NCBI GenBank assembly: GCA_944386455.1
Contig: CALXBC010000003.1
Span: 29,872 to 93,871 of the forward strand
Direction: 5' to 3'
DNA from: an uncultured Clostridia bacterium
GTDB lineage: Bacteria > Bacillota > Clostridia > Oscillospirales > Ruminococcaceae
DNA length: 64,000 nt
The notes under the pieces are model-generated. The model saw only the letters and a list, made by a program, of their open reading frames with translations, searched no databases and was not told where the DNA came from. Of this stretch, positions 35,770 to 45,732 are shown piece after piece. Each line of letters opens with the position of its first letter. Position 1 is the stretch's first letter. Both the position numbers and the translations under genes were made by a program.

Positions 35770-36549
35770 TCAGAAATTTTTAACCGATCGTGTGGCTACA
35801 TATTGAGGGGCATATTCCCGCAGCAGGCCGCAGCCCGGACGATCACAGTCCTCATAAAGTCCTGTCAGGGTAAATCCGGCCTTGAGCTGGCCGCCGATCT
35901 CTTCCTCCAGAGAGTGACTGAACTGGACGCCTTCGCCTTTTTCCACCATCTGGCGCAACTGCGCCGCAGTCTTGTCCCGCAGCGGATTGTAGGGCAGTTT
36001 GTTTTTGGCGGTCAGGGGCAGCGAGCCATCCTCGTCAAACAAAAAGTTGAGACCATTGTCAAAGCCGGCCAGCAAAATGCCTCCTTTTTTGAGGACGCGG
36101 TAGCATTCCTGCCAGACGGGCTCTACTTTTTCGATATAACAATTGGAAACCGGATGAAAGATCATGTCAAAGCTTTCATCTGCAAACGGCAGCGGCTGTG
36201 TCATGTCGCCTCTGATACAGGTAACGGAATACCCCTCGCGGTCGGCGACAGACTGCTCGTTTTTCAACTGGTGGGCAGAATTGTCAAAGACAGTGCAGTC
36301 CGCCCCCAGCGCGGAAAAAATCGGGATTTGCTGTCCGCCGCCGGATGCCAGTCCAAGGATGACCGCCCCGGAAAAGGGAGAAAACCAATCCCGCGGCACA
36401 GGCCTGCAGGGGGTAAGATAAACCTCCCATTCTCCGGCCTGTGCTTTTAAATATTCCAGATGAGTGATTGGAATAGACCAGGGACAGCCGTTGTCCGCCC
36501 AGTCGTCCCATGTTTTTGCGTTGATTTCTGTATAGTTGATGTGATTCAT
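35770..36549 (-). CDS. Class I SAM-dependent methyltransferase
   Basis: ILGLASGGGQQ (motif I) and ...FDMIFHP.... Confidence 0.8.
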   Translation of the reverse strand: MNHINYTEINAKTWDDWADNGCPWSIPITHLEYLKAQAGEWEVYLTPCRPVPRDWFSPFSGAVILGLASGGGQQIPIFSALGADCTVFDNSAHQLKNEQSVADREGYSVTCIRGDMTQPLPFADESFDMIFHPVSNCYIEKVEPVWQECYRVLKKGGILLAGFDNGLNFLFDEDGSLPLTAKNKLPYNPLRDKTAAQLRQMVEKGEGVQFSHSLEEEIGGQLKAGFTLTGLYEDCDRPGCGLLREYAPQYVATRSVKNF

Positions 36550-36623
36550 TTTGATCGGTCCTTTCCAGGTCTGTTTTCAATAAACAAAGGAACGGCCGTT
36601 TTTTGTCCTTTTACAGCGCCCTG

Positions 36624-36941
36624 TTATTCCATCAAAAAGACCTGTGTCAGTTTGGGCTGAGCGCCGGTTACAGGATCCATTTCCATAATCATGACGTCCT
36701 TCATATACTCGTTCCAGCGGTCGACAACAGGGCTTTCCGCCTGGACTTTTGCAGCGTAATCACAGCCTTTTTCGCATTCATAATATCCAAAAAGTTCATT
36801 GCCGACATTCCAGATCGTGTAGTTACAGATACCGGCTTCCTTCAATACCGCCTTTAGTTCCGGCCAGATATTGTCATGCCGTTTTTTATATTCCTCCAGC
36901 ATGCCGTCTTTCACGACGGCTTTCCATGCGTACCGTTCCAT
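36624..36941 (-). CDS. rhaM: L-rhamnose mutarotase
   Basis: 105 aa. YKKRHDNIWPELKAVLKEAGICNYTIW...LFGYYE is the family signature. Confidence 0.85.
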   Translation of the reverse strand: MERYAWKAVVKDGMLEEYKKRHDNIWPELKAVLKEAGICNYTIWNVGNELFGYYECEKGCDYAAKVQAESPVVDRWNEYMKDVMIMEMDPVTGAQPKLTQVFLME

Positions 36942-36955
36942 AAGCGTATACCTCC

Positions 36956-37426
36956 TTATTTAAAGCTGTCCAGACGGGACTCGATAGTCTTGTTAAAGTT
37001 TAAGATTTTTCGTTCGTATTCCTTATCCATAAATTCAGAGTGAAGCAAAAAGTCCGCCGTCGCCCGGTTGGATGCAAAAGGGATATCATAGAGGACGCAA
37101 ATTCTTTGAAGTGCCTTGACATCGGGATCATGGGGCTGTGCCTGAAGCGGGTCCCAAAAGAAGATAACAAAGTCGATCCGTCCCTCAACGATGCGTGCGC
37201 CGATCTGCTGATCACCGCCCAGCGGGCCGCTGTTGTATGCCCGCACCGGGAGCTTTGCCTCGTCTGCAATCAGCCGCGCGGTGGTTCCGGTCCCCATCAG
37301 AAAGTGCTTTTTGAGCACCTCGGCATTTTCTTTCACCCATTCCACCAGCTCGTGCTTCATATTGTCGTGCGCGATCAGCGCGATATTTTTCTGCTTTCCA
37401 ATGGTAAGCGTTACATATTCTTCCAT
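36956..37426 (-). CDS. mgsA: Methylglyoxal synthase
   Basis: IALIAHDNMK, ...GTGTT..., GPLGGDQQIGA, ...FWDPL...HDPDVKAL. Confidence 0.9.
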   Translation of the reverse strand: MEEYVTLTIGKQKNIALIAHDNMKHELVEWVKENAEVLKKHFLMGTGTTARLIADEAKLPVRAYNSGPLGGDQQIGARIVEGRIDFVIFFWDPLQAQPHDPDVKALQRICVLYDIPFASNRATADFLLHSEFMDKEYERKILNFNKTIESRLDSFK

Positions 37427-37457
37427 GTGCTTTCTGCTTCCTTTCTGGTTCGCTTTT

Positions 37458-38414
37458 TTATTCTGCAAAGCCTAAAAGTGCGGCTCCGATGACGCCCGCA
37501 TCATTGCCCAGCTTTGCGGTCACTATCCGGGGCTGTTTTTTGCAAAATCGGGAATAGCATTCGGTTTTCAGCAGCTTTCGCACCGGATCAAGCAGAATGT
37601 CGCCTTCTTTGCTGATCCCGCCGCCGACACAGACGATCTCAGGCTGAAAAATATTGACAATGCTGATGATCCCCTCAGAAAAATAACCGATATAGCGGTC
37701 GGTCACCTCTTTGGCGGCCTTGTCTCCGGCACGCATCCCGTCAAAGGCGGTTCTGCCGCTGACCTTGCTGATGTCGCCGCCGCAAAGCGCCCACATTTTG
37801 CTGTCGGGATTGGCCTCCATCGCTTCTTTGGTAAAATCAATCAGTGCGGTTGCGGAAGCGTATGCCTCAAAACAGCCGTTTCTGCCGCAGCTGCAGGGAC
37901 GTCCGTTTGCCACAAGGGTCATATGCCCCAGTTCGGCGCCCGCAAAGTTGAAGCCGGTGTAGATTTTGGAATCCAGTACGATGCCGCCGCCGACGCCGGT
38001 GCCGAGGGTAATGGCGATCATGTTATTAGAGCCTTTGGCGGCACCCGCCATAAACTCACCGAATGCTGCCGCGTTGGCGTCATTTCCGATAAACACGGTC
38101 TTGCCGAGCCGCTGTTTCAGCCCGTCACGAAGCGGCACGTCATAAAATCCGAGATTATTTGCAAACAAGATAATGCCTGTTTCGGTATCTGCAACGCCGG
38201 GAGAGCCTGCTCCGACCCATTCAATATCTGCCAGGGGAATATCTGCCTGTACCGCGGCTTTACGCGCCATCTCGGCCATGTCATCCATGATTTCGTCCGC
38301 CGGACGGGGACAGTTGGTTTTGCAGCTTGCCTTTGCCACGATTTCATAGTTTTCGTTGACAACACCTGCCACAATATTGGTTCCGCCAAGGTCAATGCCG
38401 ATATAATACTTCAT
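37458..38414 (-). CDS. glk: ROK-family glucokinase
   Basis: IGIDLGGTNI, GNDANAAAFGE, and ROK Cys motif CSCGRNGCFEAYAS. Confidence 0.9.
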   Translation of the reverse strand: MKYYIGIDLGGTNIVAGVVNENYEIVAKASCKTNCPRPADEIMDDMAEMARKAAVQADIPLADIEWVGAGSPGVADTETGIILFANNLGFYDVPLRDGLKQRLGKTVFIGNDANAAAFGEFMAGAAKGSNNMIAITLGTGVGGGIVLDSKIYTGFNFAGAELGHMTLVANGRPCSCGRNGCFEAYASATALIDFTKEAMEANPDSKMWALCGGDISKVSGRTAFDGMRAGDKAAKEVTDRYIGYFSEGIISIVNIFQPEIVCVGGGISKEGDILLDPVRKLLKTECYSRFCKKQPRIVTAKLGNDAGVIGAALLGFAE

Positions 38415-38670
38415 TCCAGCCAGTCTCCTTTGCTATTTTCAATTCCGTCTCTCTGGAACGGAACACAAATTAAGATTATTATATCACACAAAAATTATTT
38501 TTTCTACCAAAATTTTTGTAAAACTATAGAAAAATAAAAATTTTGCCGCGGTACGAAATTTCTGCTGTCAAATATGGCGTTTTCCATTTGATATAGGGAA
38601 TAATTCAAAGCGGACAGCAGAAACTATTGGAAAAAGACAGCTGCAAGCTGCAACGAACAGGAGGCGGCAG

Positions 38671-39921
38671 ATGAATACAGAAGCTCATGCACTGATTCTG
38701 GCGACAACGCAGGATTTTTTTGGAAAATTTGAGCAGCAAAATGCCGTGCTGCTGCAGAAAATGGGTTTTTGCGTCCACTATGCCGCGAATATGAACGAAC
38801 CGGCATATCTGTCCGAGCGCGGTGCGATTGAGGCGGCAGGCGTCATGGTGCACCATATCGATATCGCGCGTTCCCCGTTCATGGTGCAGTATAATCAAAA
38901 AGCGCTCCGGCAGGTTCTTCGGCTGATTCACAGATATCGGATCCGGCTGATCCACTGCCATACCCCGGTTGGCGGACTTTGCGGCAGGCTGGCCGGGGCA
39001 TGGAGCACACAAGCGCCCCTTGTGATTTATACCGCGCACGGCTTTCACTTTTATAAAGGCGCGCCCGCTGTAAATCAGCTTGCCTATTACCGGGTCGAAC
39101 AGGCTCTGGCCCGTCAAACCGATATCCTGATCGTGATTAACGAAGAGGACTACCGCGCGGCAAAGCATTTCCGGCTGAAAAAAGGCGGTCAGCTCTATAA
39201 AATACCGGGTGCTGGGCTGGATGTCAGCCGCTTTTCTCCGATATCCGAGGAACAAAAAAGGCGAAACCGCCGTCGTCTTGGGATCGGGGAAAACGCCTTT
39301 TTTCTGGTATCGGCGGGAGAACTGAACCAAAATAAAAATCAGCAGGTCGTACTGGAAGCGCTGCTGAAAATGAGGCAGAACGGCATCCGCCTTGATAACA
39401 TCCGTTATGGTATCTGCGGGGACGGTTTTTTTCGGGAGCGGCTGCAGGAGCAGATTCAAAAATATGGTCTGACCGATGTGGCAATGCTTTTCGGCTATCG
39501 GACAGACATTCCGCAGGTGGTGGGCTGCGCGGACGCGGCGGTGTTCCCCTCCAGAAGGGAAGGACTTGGTATGGCAGGACTGGAAGCGCTGGCGATGGGG
39601 ATCCCGGTCATTGCCGCAGACAACCGCGGAACACGGGAGTATATGGAGCACGGGCGAAACGGCTACGTCTGCCGTTATGACGACGCAGAGGGCTTTATGA
39701 AAGGCATACAGACCATTATGGGACTAGATGCAGAAAAAAAGCGCCGGATGCAGGCTTACTGCCGCGCATCGGTCCGTCCTTTTGCCCGGGAGTATTCTGA
39801 GGCGGCAATGCAGCGTATCTATTACGCGGCGAAAGAGAAACTTGCGCAAAAGGAGGAACGAAGCCGTGAAGAGCACGCAGGTCAAAGTCAGTATTATCAT
39901 GGGCACATACAATCCCGATGA
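38671..39921 (+). CDS. Glycosyltransferase family 4 (first gene of the wall-glycopolymer locus)
   Basis: GT-B fold, FPSRREGLGMAGLEALAMGIPVIA (EX7E region). AGGAGG Shine-Dalgarno. Confidence 0.85.
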   Translation: MNTEAHALILATTQDFFGKFEQQNAVLLQKMGFCVHYAANMNEPAYLSERGAIEAAGVMVHHIDIARSPFMVQYNQKALRQVLRLIHRYRIRLIHCHTPVGGLCGRLAGAWSTQAPLVIYTAHGFHFYKGAPAVNQLAYYRVEQALARQTDILIVINEEDYRAAKHFRLKKGGQLYKIPGAGLDVSRFSPISEEQKRRNRRRLGIGENAFFLVSAGELNQNKNQQVVLEALLKMRQNGIRLDNIRYGICGDGFFRERLQEQIQKYGLTDVAMLFGYRTDIPQVVGCADAAVFPSRREGLGMAGLEALAMGIPVIAADNRGTREYMEHGRNGYVCRYDDAEGFMKGIQTIMGLDAEKKRRMQAYCRASVRPFAREYSEAAMQRIYYAAKEKLAQKEERSREEHAGQSQYYHGHIQSR

Positions 39922-40708
39922 AAAAAAGCTGAAGCGGGCGGTGCAGTCGCTCATCCTGCAAACCGTGCCGGAGTGGGAACTGCTCCTTTATGACGACGGC
40001 TCGGACGGCCAGTTTGTGCCGTTGATCCGCGAGACCGCAATGCTGGACGGCAGGATCCGTCTGCTCCGCGGAACAGAAAACCGCGGGCTTGCTGCTGCGC
40101 TTAACCGCTGTCTGCTCCGGGCAAGAGGACAATATATCGCAAGAATGGATGATGATGACGTTTCTCTGCCAAATCGTCTGGAGCGGCAGCTTGTTTTTCT
40201 GGAGTCCCGTCCCCAGTACCAGTGGGTAGGCTCCGGCGCCGAGCTTATAGATGAAAACGGGGTCTGGGGCTTTCAGAGGATGCCTGAGATCCCGCAGCCC
40301 CGGGATTTCCTTTTTCATTCCCCTTACATTCATCCTTCTGTGATGTTTCGAAAGAACGCCCTGATCCGGGGCGGCGGATACTGCACCGCAAAGGCTTTTT
40401 TACAGGTAGAGGATTATGAGCTTTTTTTTCGCCTGCACCGGCTGGGCATGCGGGGATATAATCTTTCCGAGCCGCTGCTGCGTTATTGGGAAGATTACGC
40501 ATCCTATCAAAAGCGGACCTATCGCCGCCGGATACGGGAAGCAAAGCTGCGGTATCATGGTTTCCGCGGGCTGGGGATTTTAAACAGCGGGACCTTCTGC
40601 TATGTATTAAAACCGCTTCTGGTCGGTGTGATCCCGCCGCCGGTTCACCACTATATCCGCCGCCGTGTCAAGGCAGGCCCGGCAGCTTCGCGGGAGAAGC
40701 AGACTTGA
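39866..40708 (+). CDS. Glycosyltransferase family 2
   Basis: GTG start with AAGGAGGA Shine-Dalgarno. VSIIMGTYNPDE, LLYDDGSDG and ARMDDDD (DXD). It overlaps the upstream gene by 56 nt. Confidence 0.85.
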   Translation: MKSTQVKVSIIMGTYNPDEKKLKRAVQSLILQTVPEWELLLYDDGSDGQFVPLIRETAMLDGRIRLLRGTENRGLAAALNRCLLRARGQYIARMDDDDVSLPNRLERQLVFLESRPQYQWVGSGAELIDENGVWGFQRMPEIPQPRDFLFHSPYIHPSVMFRKNALIRGGGYCTAKAFLQVEDYELFFRLHRLGMRGYNLSEPLLRYWEDYASYQKRTYRRRIREAKLRYHGFRGLGILNSGTFCYVLKPLLVGVIPPPVHHYIRRRVKAGPAASREKQT

Positions 40709-40716
40709 GCGCCCGG

Positions 40717-42081
40717 ATGCCGTCCGGCCGTATGGAGCAGTACCGCAGAATCCTGAAGCAGAGCTCGCGTCTGTTTCATGCGGTACAGGCAGTACCTTTG
40801 CCGGAAACAACGGACGAAAACTATACGCCGGCACTGGCAGGCAGTCATGTATTTGGTCCTGCACTCAGCGGATTTATGCTCTGGCTGCTTCGTGAAGCAG
40901 TAAACAGCGGAAAAAAGCGGCTGTATTTTCTGGCACGGGACGGTTATTTCATGTATCAGGCCGCACTGATTTTCTGCGAACGTCTATGCCTGCCGCTGGA
41001 ATGCCGCTATCTGAGCTGCTCGCGCTATTCGCTGCGGGTACCTGTTTATCATCTGGATCACGAGTCTGCACTTGATTATGTCTGCCGGGGCGGAATCGGC
41101 GTTACCCTGCAAAAAATTCTTGCGCGGGCCGGACTGACTGCAGAAGAACAGAAAAAAACGGCAGACTGCCTGCGGCTTTCATGCGGCTTTGACGACGTGC
41201 TCCCTGCCGGGCAGCTGACAGCAATCCGCCGTCTTCTGGCAAATTGCCGTGTATTTCTTGCAGATATGGATCAGCATTCCGGGACCGCGTATCCGTTCCT
41301 CTGCGGTTATCTGCGGCAGGAGGGGCTGCTTGACGGGGTGCCGGATGCATTGGTGGACAGCGGATGGGTCGGTTCGATGCAGAAGACGCTGGACACCGTT
41401 CTGTCCCGGCTGGGACGTACCCAATCGCTGAGCGGGTATTACTGGGGGCTGTACGGTCTGCCGCCGGAAGCTGTTCGCCGCAATTATCACTGGTACGACT
41501 TCGGTCCCGGGAACGGCCTGCTGCGAAAAGCGGCGTTCAATAATTGTTTATTTGAGGCGGTATTTACCGCCCCGCATGGAATGACGGTCGGTTACCGAGA
41601 AGAAAACGGCGTTTATCTTCCCTGCTATGGCGGTATCAGTGAGGAAAGAGTCAAATTTATTGAACTGCTTGGAAGCTATATTTTGGCGTTTATCCGCGTG
41701 TTTGCAGACCAGACGGCTGCCGCCGCACCGTCCCGCAGGGAAATATGGGAAGCGCGGGCGACGGCGGGAAGGCTGCTGGCTATGCTGATGAAGCATCCGT
41801 CCGCACAGGAAGCACAGGTGTTCGGGCAGATCCCTTTTTCGGATGATGTTTTGGAGGGGAAAGAAAATTTTCTGGCGGCGCAGATGACAGAGCAGGAGCT
41901 CATGGAAAATCATCTGTTGTTCCGTCTGTTCCACAGAAAAAGCGTTATCAGGCAAAGCGCGTGGTATGAAGGCAGCGCTGTTCGTGACAGCGCCCGGCCG
42001 CGCCGTCATATCCGTGGATATACGCTGTATCAGTATCTGCTGTATTTGGACAGGCAGCTGCGGTATCGGTTCGGCGGCTGA
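40717..42081 (+). CDS. Uncharacterised protein homologous to the C-terminal two-thirds of the 43723-45732 product (COG5610-associated domain)
   Basis: Shared blocks: LYFLARDGYFMY vs ILFLSRDGCLLL, and VDSGWVGSMQKTLD vs VDIGWAGSGAVMLD. Confidence 0.6.
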   Translation: MPSGRMEQYRRILKQSSRLFHAVQAVPLPETTDENYTPALAGSHVFGPALSGFMLWLLREAVNSGKKRLYFLARDGYFMYQAALIFCERLCLPLECRYLSCSRYSLRVPVYHLDHESALDYVCRGGIGVTLQKILARAGLTAEEQKKTADCLRLSCGFDDVLPAGQLTAIRRLLANCRVFLADMDQHSGTAYPFLCGYLRQEGLLDGVPDALVDSGWVGSMQKTLDTVLSRLGRTQSLSGYYWGLYGLPPEAVRRNYHWYDFGPGNGLLRKAAFNNCLFEAVFTAPHGMTVGYREENGVYLPCYGGISEERVKFIELLGSYILAFIRVFADQTAAAAPSRREIWEARATAGRLLAMLMKHPSAQEAQVFGQIPFSDDVLEGKENFLAAQMTEQELMENHLLFRLFHRKSVIRQSAWYEGSAVRDSARPRRHIRGYTLYQYLLYLDRQLRYRFGG

Positions 42082-42124
42082 TGAAGGCGAAAAAATAAGC
42101 CAAAAGGAAAGGGAGCGGTTTTAT

Positions 42125-42904
42125 TTGGAGCACATTGAAAAACGAAAGCATGGGCACTATGGCTTTGTGATCGCACAGCTGACATCGCGGGAGCTGAAGC
42201 GGAAATACGCGCGGTCCTATCTGGGGGTGGTATGGAGCGTGCTCAACCCTCTGCTTTCCATGGCCGTGCTGTCCCTTATTTTTTCCCGCCTGTTCCGGCG
42301 TTCCATCGACAACTATCCCATTTATTATCTGACGGGGTATATCCTATGGCAGACCTTTACCGGAGCAACGATCGCCGCAATGACCACGCTGGCTGACAAT
42401 AAAATGCTGCTGCTTCGGGTAAAATTTCCCATGGATCTTTTCATTCTGGCAAGAGTCTATACCGCAATGGTGAATCTGGGGTATTCGCTGATCGCCTATG
42501 CGGTGATGCTGGCTGTTTTCCGGGTCCCGCCGCGCTGGACCATGCTGTTTTCCCCGGCAGTGATCCTGTGCCTGTTTTTCTTTGCGCTGGGCGTTTCTTA
42601 TCTGCTGGCGGCCGCCTATGTCTTTTTTGGCGATATCAGGCACCTTTATACGGTATTTCTGACGCTGTGGATGTACTGCTCCGCCGTCTTTTACCCGGTC
42701 GGGCAGCTTCAGGGCTTTATGCGGACTCTGGTTGAGAATAACCCGCTGTTTATTTTTATTGACTGTCTTCGGACAGCCGTCATGCTGGGGCGGCTGCCGG
42801 GAACGGATCGGGTTCTGAAAATGCTTGTCTGGAGTATCGGGATGCTGCTGCTGGGCTTTTGGGTGTTCCGGAAAAACAAAAACAAAATTATGCAGCATAT
42901 ATAA
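42125..42904 (+). CDS. ABC-2 type polysaccharide/teichoic-acid export permease (TagG/Wzm-like)
   Basis: About 259 aa, 6 transmembrane helices. LKRKYARSYLGVVWSVLNPLL is the ABC-2 N-terminal signature. TTG start with AAGGGAG Shine-Dalgarno. Confidence 0.82.
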   Translation: MEHIEKRKHGHYGFVIAQLTSRELKRKYARSYLGVVWSVLNPLLSMAVLSLIFSRLFRRSIDNYPIYYLTGYILWQTFTGATIAAMTTLADNKMLLLRVKFPMDLFILARVYTAMVNLGYSLIAYAVMLAVFRVPPRWTMLFSPAVILCLFFFALGVSYLLAAAYVFFGDIRHLYTVFLTLWMYCSAVFYPVGQLQGFMRTLVENNPLFIFIDCLRTAVMLGRLPGTDRVLKMLVWSIGMLLLGFWVFRKNKNKIMQHI

Positions 42905-42940
42905 ACTGGGATCAGCGGGAAGGGAAGGAACTGCAACGAT

Positions 42941-43699
42941 ATGGAAACACAGGGAAAGACTGCGCAGGCGGAGATCGTGGTTGAAAACGTCACCATGCAG
43001 TTTCGGCGCGCCAAAGACGAGGCGGCGAGTCTGAAGGAAATGCTGATCCGCATGGTGCGGCGGGAGCATGGATATGAAACGTTTCTGGCGCTGGACAACG
43101 TCAGCTTTACCGTGAACCGCGGTGAGGTCGTGGGAATCATCGGGACCAACGGCTCCGGGAAAAGCACGCTTCTGAAGATCATTTCAGGTGCGCTGATACC
43201 TACTGCGGGAAGGGTGCTGGCAGACCGCTCGAAAATTCAGCTGCTGACACTTGGTACAGGCTTCGATCCTGAGCTGACCGGGCGGGAGAATGTTTATCTG
43301 AACGGCGCCATGATCGGGTACGGCAAAAAGGAGATCGACAGCCGCTATGGCGAGATCGTCCGTTTTGCGGAGCTGGATGGCTTTATGGAGGAAAAGGTGC
43401 GCAACTATTCCTCGGGTATGGTATCACGGCTTGGCTTTGCGGTCGCGACTGCGCGTGACGCACCCGAAATTCTGATTCTGGACGAGGTGCTCAGCGTCGG
43501 CGATCTGTTTTTCCGAAAAAAGAGCGAGGCGCGGATCCGGGAGATGATCCACGGCGGATCCACCGTGCTGATCGTTTCCCATACCCCTTCGGTTATCCGT
43601 AGCAACTGCACCAAAGCGGTCTGGATCGAAAAGGGCAGGCTGATCGCCGCAGGAGACCCAAAAACGGTCTGTGACGGCTATGAGAGCATGAGAAAGTAA
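42941..43699 (+). CDS. Polysaccharide/teichoic-acid export ATP-binding protein (TagH/Wzt-like, no C-terminal CBM)
   Basis: GTNGSGKST, YSSGMVSRLGFA, ILILDEVLSVGD. Confidence 0.88.
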   Translation: METQGKTAQAEIVVENVTMQFRRAKDEAASLKEMLIRMVRREHGYETFLALDNVSFTVNRGEVVGIIGTNGSGKSTLLKIISGALIPTAGRVLADRSKIQLLTLGTGFDPELTGRENVYLNGAMIGYGKKEIDSRYGEIVRFAELDGFMEEKVRNYSSGMVSRLGFAVATARDAPEILILDEVLSVGDLFFRKKSEARIREMIHGGSTVLIVSHTPSVIRSNCTKAVWIEKGRLIAAGDPKTVCDGYESMRK

Positions 43700-43722
43700 C
43701 CCGTGAAAAAGGGGAGGATGAT

Positions 43723-45732
43723 ATGAAGGAATGGCTTTACCGTCTGTTGGTCAGCCGCACGCCGCAGATAAAGGAGCGGTATCTGAACCGTCGAAACAGC
43801 GGAACCGGCCGGCTGTCCGGCCTTGCTTATCTTGTCTGGCTGAATTTGCGCTATGGGCTGATACCCGGCCGGCGGCAGGACATGTTTCTGCCGGATACCG
43901 CATTGCGCCTTCCCGGGGAGAGAAGCGAGTCGTCCCGGTCGGCACGGGAAGCCCCGGAGCAGTTTGCCCGCCGGCTGGCCGAGTTTGATATCGTTTCCTT
44001 TGATGTGTTCGATACTCTGCTGTTCCGCCCGTTTTCCGATCCCAGAGATATGTTCGGCCTGATCGGGCTGGAATTGAATTATCCCGGTTTTCAAAAGCTG
44101 CGCATCCAGGCTGAGGAACAGGCAAGACGGAAGAAATGGGAGAGCGGTGAAACGCGGGAGGTCACCCTTGGTGACATCTGGGAAATCATGGAACGGGAAA
44201 CCGGAATCCCGCGGCAAAAAGGAATGGATGCAGAATGGGAATGGGAGCGGCGGTGCTGTTTTGCCAATCCCTATCTGCTGCAGACTGTCAAAGCGCTTTG
44301 CCAAATGGGAAAAACCGTGATTGCGGTCTCCGATATGTACCTTTCCCGAAAACAGATCGAACTGCTTCTGAAAGAGAACGGGTTTCCCCGGCTGACGGAG
44401 CTTTTTGTCTCCTCCGAGTACGGCTGCTCCAAAAGCAGCGGCGGACTGTATGATCTTCTGCGGCAGCGGTATGGAAGAAAAGCACGAATCATCCATATCG
44501 GGGATAACATATATTCAGATGTGAAATCTGCTTCTTCTCACGGCGTCGAAACAGATTGGTATCCCAACGTTAACAGCGTGGGAAAGCCGTTCCGCCCCGG
44601 AGACATGTCCGCCCTGACCGGAAGCATTTACCGCGGGCTGGTCAATGCGCACATTCACTGCGGGTTAATGCAATACTCCCCTGAATATGAATATGGATTC
44701 CTGTACGGCGGCTTGTTTGTGACAGGATACTGCAGATTTATTCACACATATTGTCAATGTTATGGAATCGAAAAAATTTTGTTTTTGTCGCGGGACGGCT
44801 GTCTGCTGCTGCGCGCTTACCGTGCGATGTATCCCGAAGAAGCGCACCGCACCGCATATGCCTGCTGGTCCCGTCTGGCTGCCGTCAAGCTGACGGCGGA
44901 CATTTACAGAAGTGAATATTTTGAGCGTTTTTTATTCCACAGGACAGGCTCGCATATCACTCTGCGGCAGGCGCTGGACGGCATGGAACTGACCGATCTC
45001 CTGCCGAAGCTGTGCCGGGAGCGAAGCCTTGCGCCGGAGACAGTCCTGACGTATAAAACGGCCCGGGTTGTCAAACAATATCTGACAGAGCACTGGCAGG
45101 AGGTACTGTCTCATTACACGGAGCAGCAAAACGCTGCAAAATCCTATTACCAGGAGCTTTTGGACGGCTGCCGGACAGCGGCGGCTGTGGACATCGGCTG
45201 GGCTGGCAGCGGCGCGGTGATGCTTGACTGTGCCGTCAGCCGAATCTGGGGACTGTCCTGCCGCATCACCGGGATTCTGGCAGGCACCTTGTCGGCAAAC
45301 AGTCCTGAGGCAGATGCTGCCTCCCCGCTGCTTTGGGGCGGCAGGCTTGTAAGCTATTTGTTTTCCGAGGCAAATAACCGGGATTTATGGCGGTTTCATG
45401 ACGCAGACAAGAAACATAACCTGTACTGGGAGCTGCTGCTCGGGGCACCGGAGGGAAGTCTCATCGGATTCTATCCGAACCGGAACAACGCACGGGGCTG
45501 GCAGTGCCGCCTGAAAAAAAGCCATGCCGATCCTGCCAAAATCAACCAAATTCATCAGGGCGCCATGGATTTTGTACAACTGTTTCTGGAAACGGAAAAA
45601 AGGCTTGGGTTAACCGTCCCCATCAGCGGACGGGACGCCTATGCGCCGATGGCGGCTCTTTTCGGCAGACATAACCGGACATCCCGCAGAAAACTGGAGG
45701 ATCTTTTAGATGAAGCGCAGATCGTCTGTTAA
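43723..45732 (+). CDS. HAD-superfamily (COG5610-like) protein with large C-terminal uncharacterised domain
   Basis: FDIVSFDVFDTLLFRP (HAD motif I, DxFDT), AVSDMY, HIGDN. The C-terminal half is paralogous to 40717-42081. Confidence 0.7.
   Translation: MKEWLYRLLVSRTPQIKERYLNRRNSGTGRLSGLAYLVWLNLRYGLIPGRRQDMFLPDTALRLPGERSESSRSAREAPEQFARRLAEFDIVSFDVFDTLLFRPFSDPRDMFGLIGLELNYPGFQKLRIQAEEQARRKKWESGETREVTLGDIWEIMERETGIPRQKGMDAEWEWERRCCFANPYLLQTVKALCQMGKTVIAVSDMYLSRKQIELLLKENGFPRLTELFVSSEYGCSKSSGGLYDLLRQRYGRKARIIHIGDNIYSDVKSASSHGVETDWYPNVNSVGKPFRPGDMSALTGSIYRGLVNAHIHCGLMQYSPEYEYGFLYGGLFVTGYCRFIHTYCQCYGIEKILFLSRDGCLLLRAYRAMYPEEAHRTAYACWSRLAAVKLTADIYRSEYFERFLFHRTGSHITLRQALDGMELTDLLPKLCRERSLAPETVLTYKTARVVKQYLTEHWQEVLSHYTEQQNAAKSYYQELLDGCRTAAAVDIGWAGSGAVMLDCAVSRIWGLSCRITGILAGTLSANSPEADAASPLLWGGRLVSYLFSEANNRDLWRFHDADKKHNLYWELLLGAPEGSLIGFYPNRNNARGWQCRLKKSHADPAKINQIHQGAMDFVQLFLETEKRLGLTVPISGRDAYAPMAALFGRHNRTSRRKLEDLLDEAQIVC

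Noticed and set aside
38605-39651. 348-aa minus-strand ORF. Similar long antisense ORFs occur at 21911-23131, 42344-43069, 14914-15630, 19019-19909, 17866-18516, 62016-62864 and 63165-63791.
   Set aside because: These are typical high-GC antisense open frames lying opposite well-supported genes. Their composition is Arg/Pro/Gly-rich and they carry no motifs.
40422-40429. T8 homopolymer inside the GT2 gene (and A7/T7 tracts elsewhere in the locus) as phase-variation switches.
   Set aside because: The tracts are short and are explained by Phe and Lys codons. There is no evidence of length heterogeneity from a single sequence.
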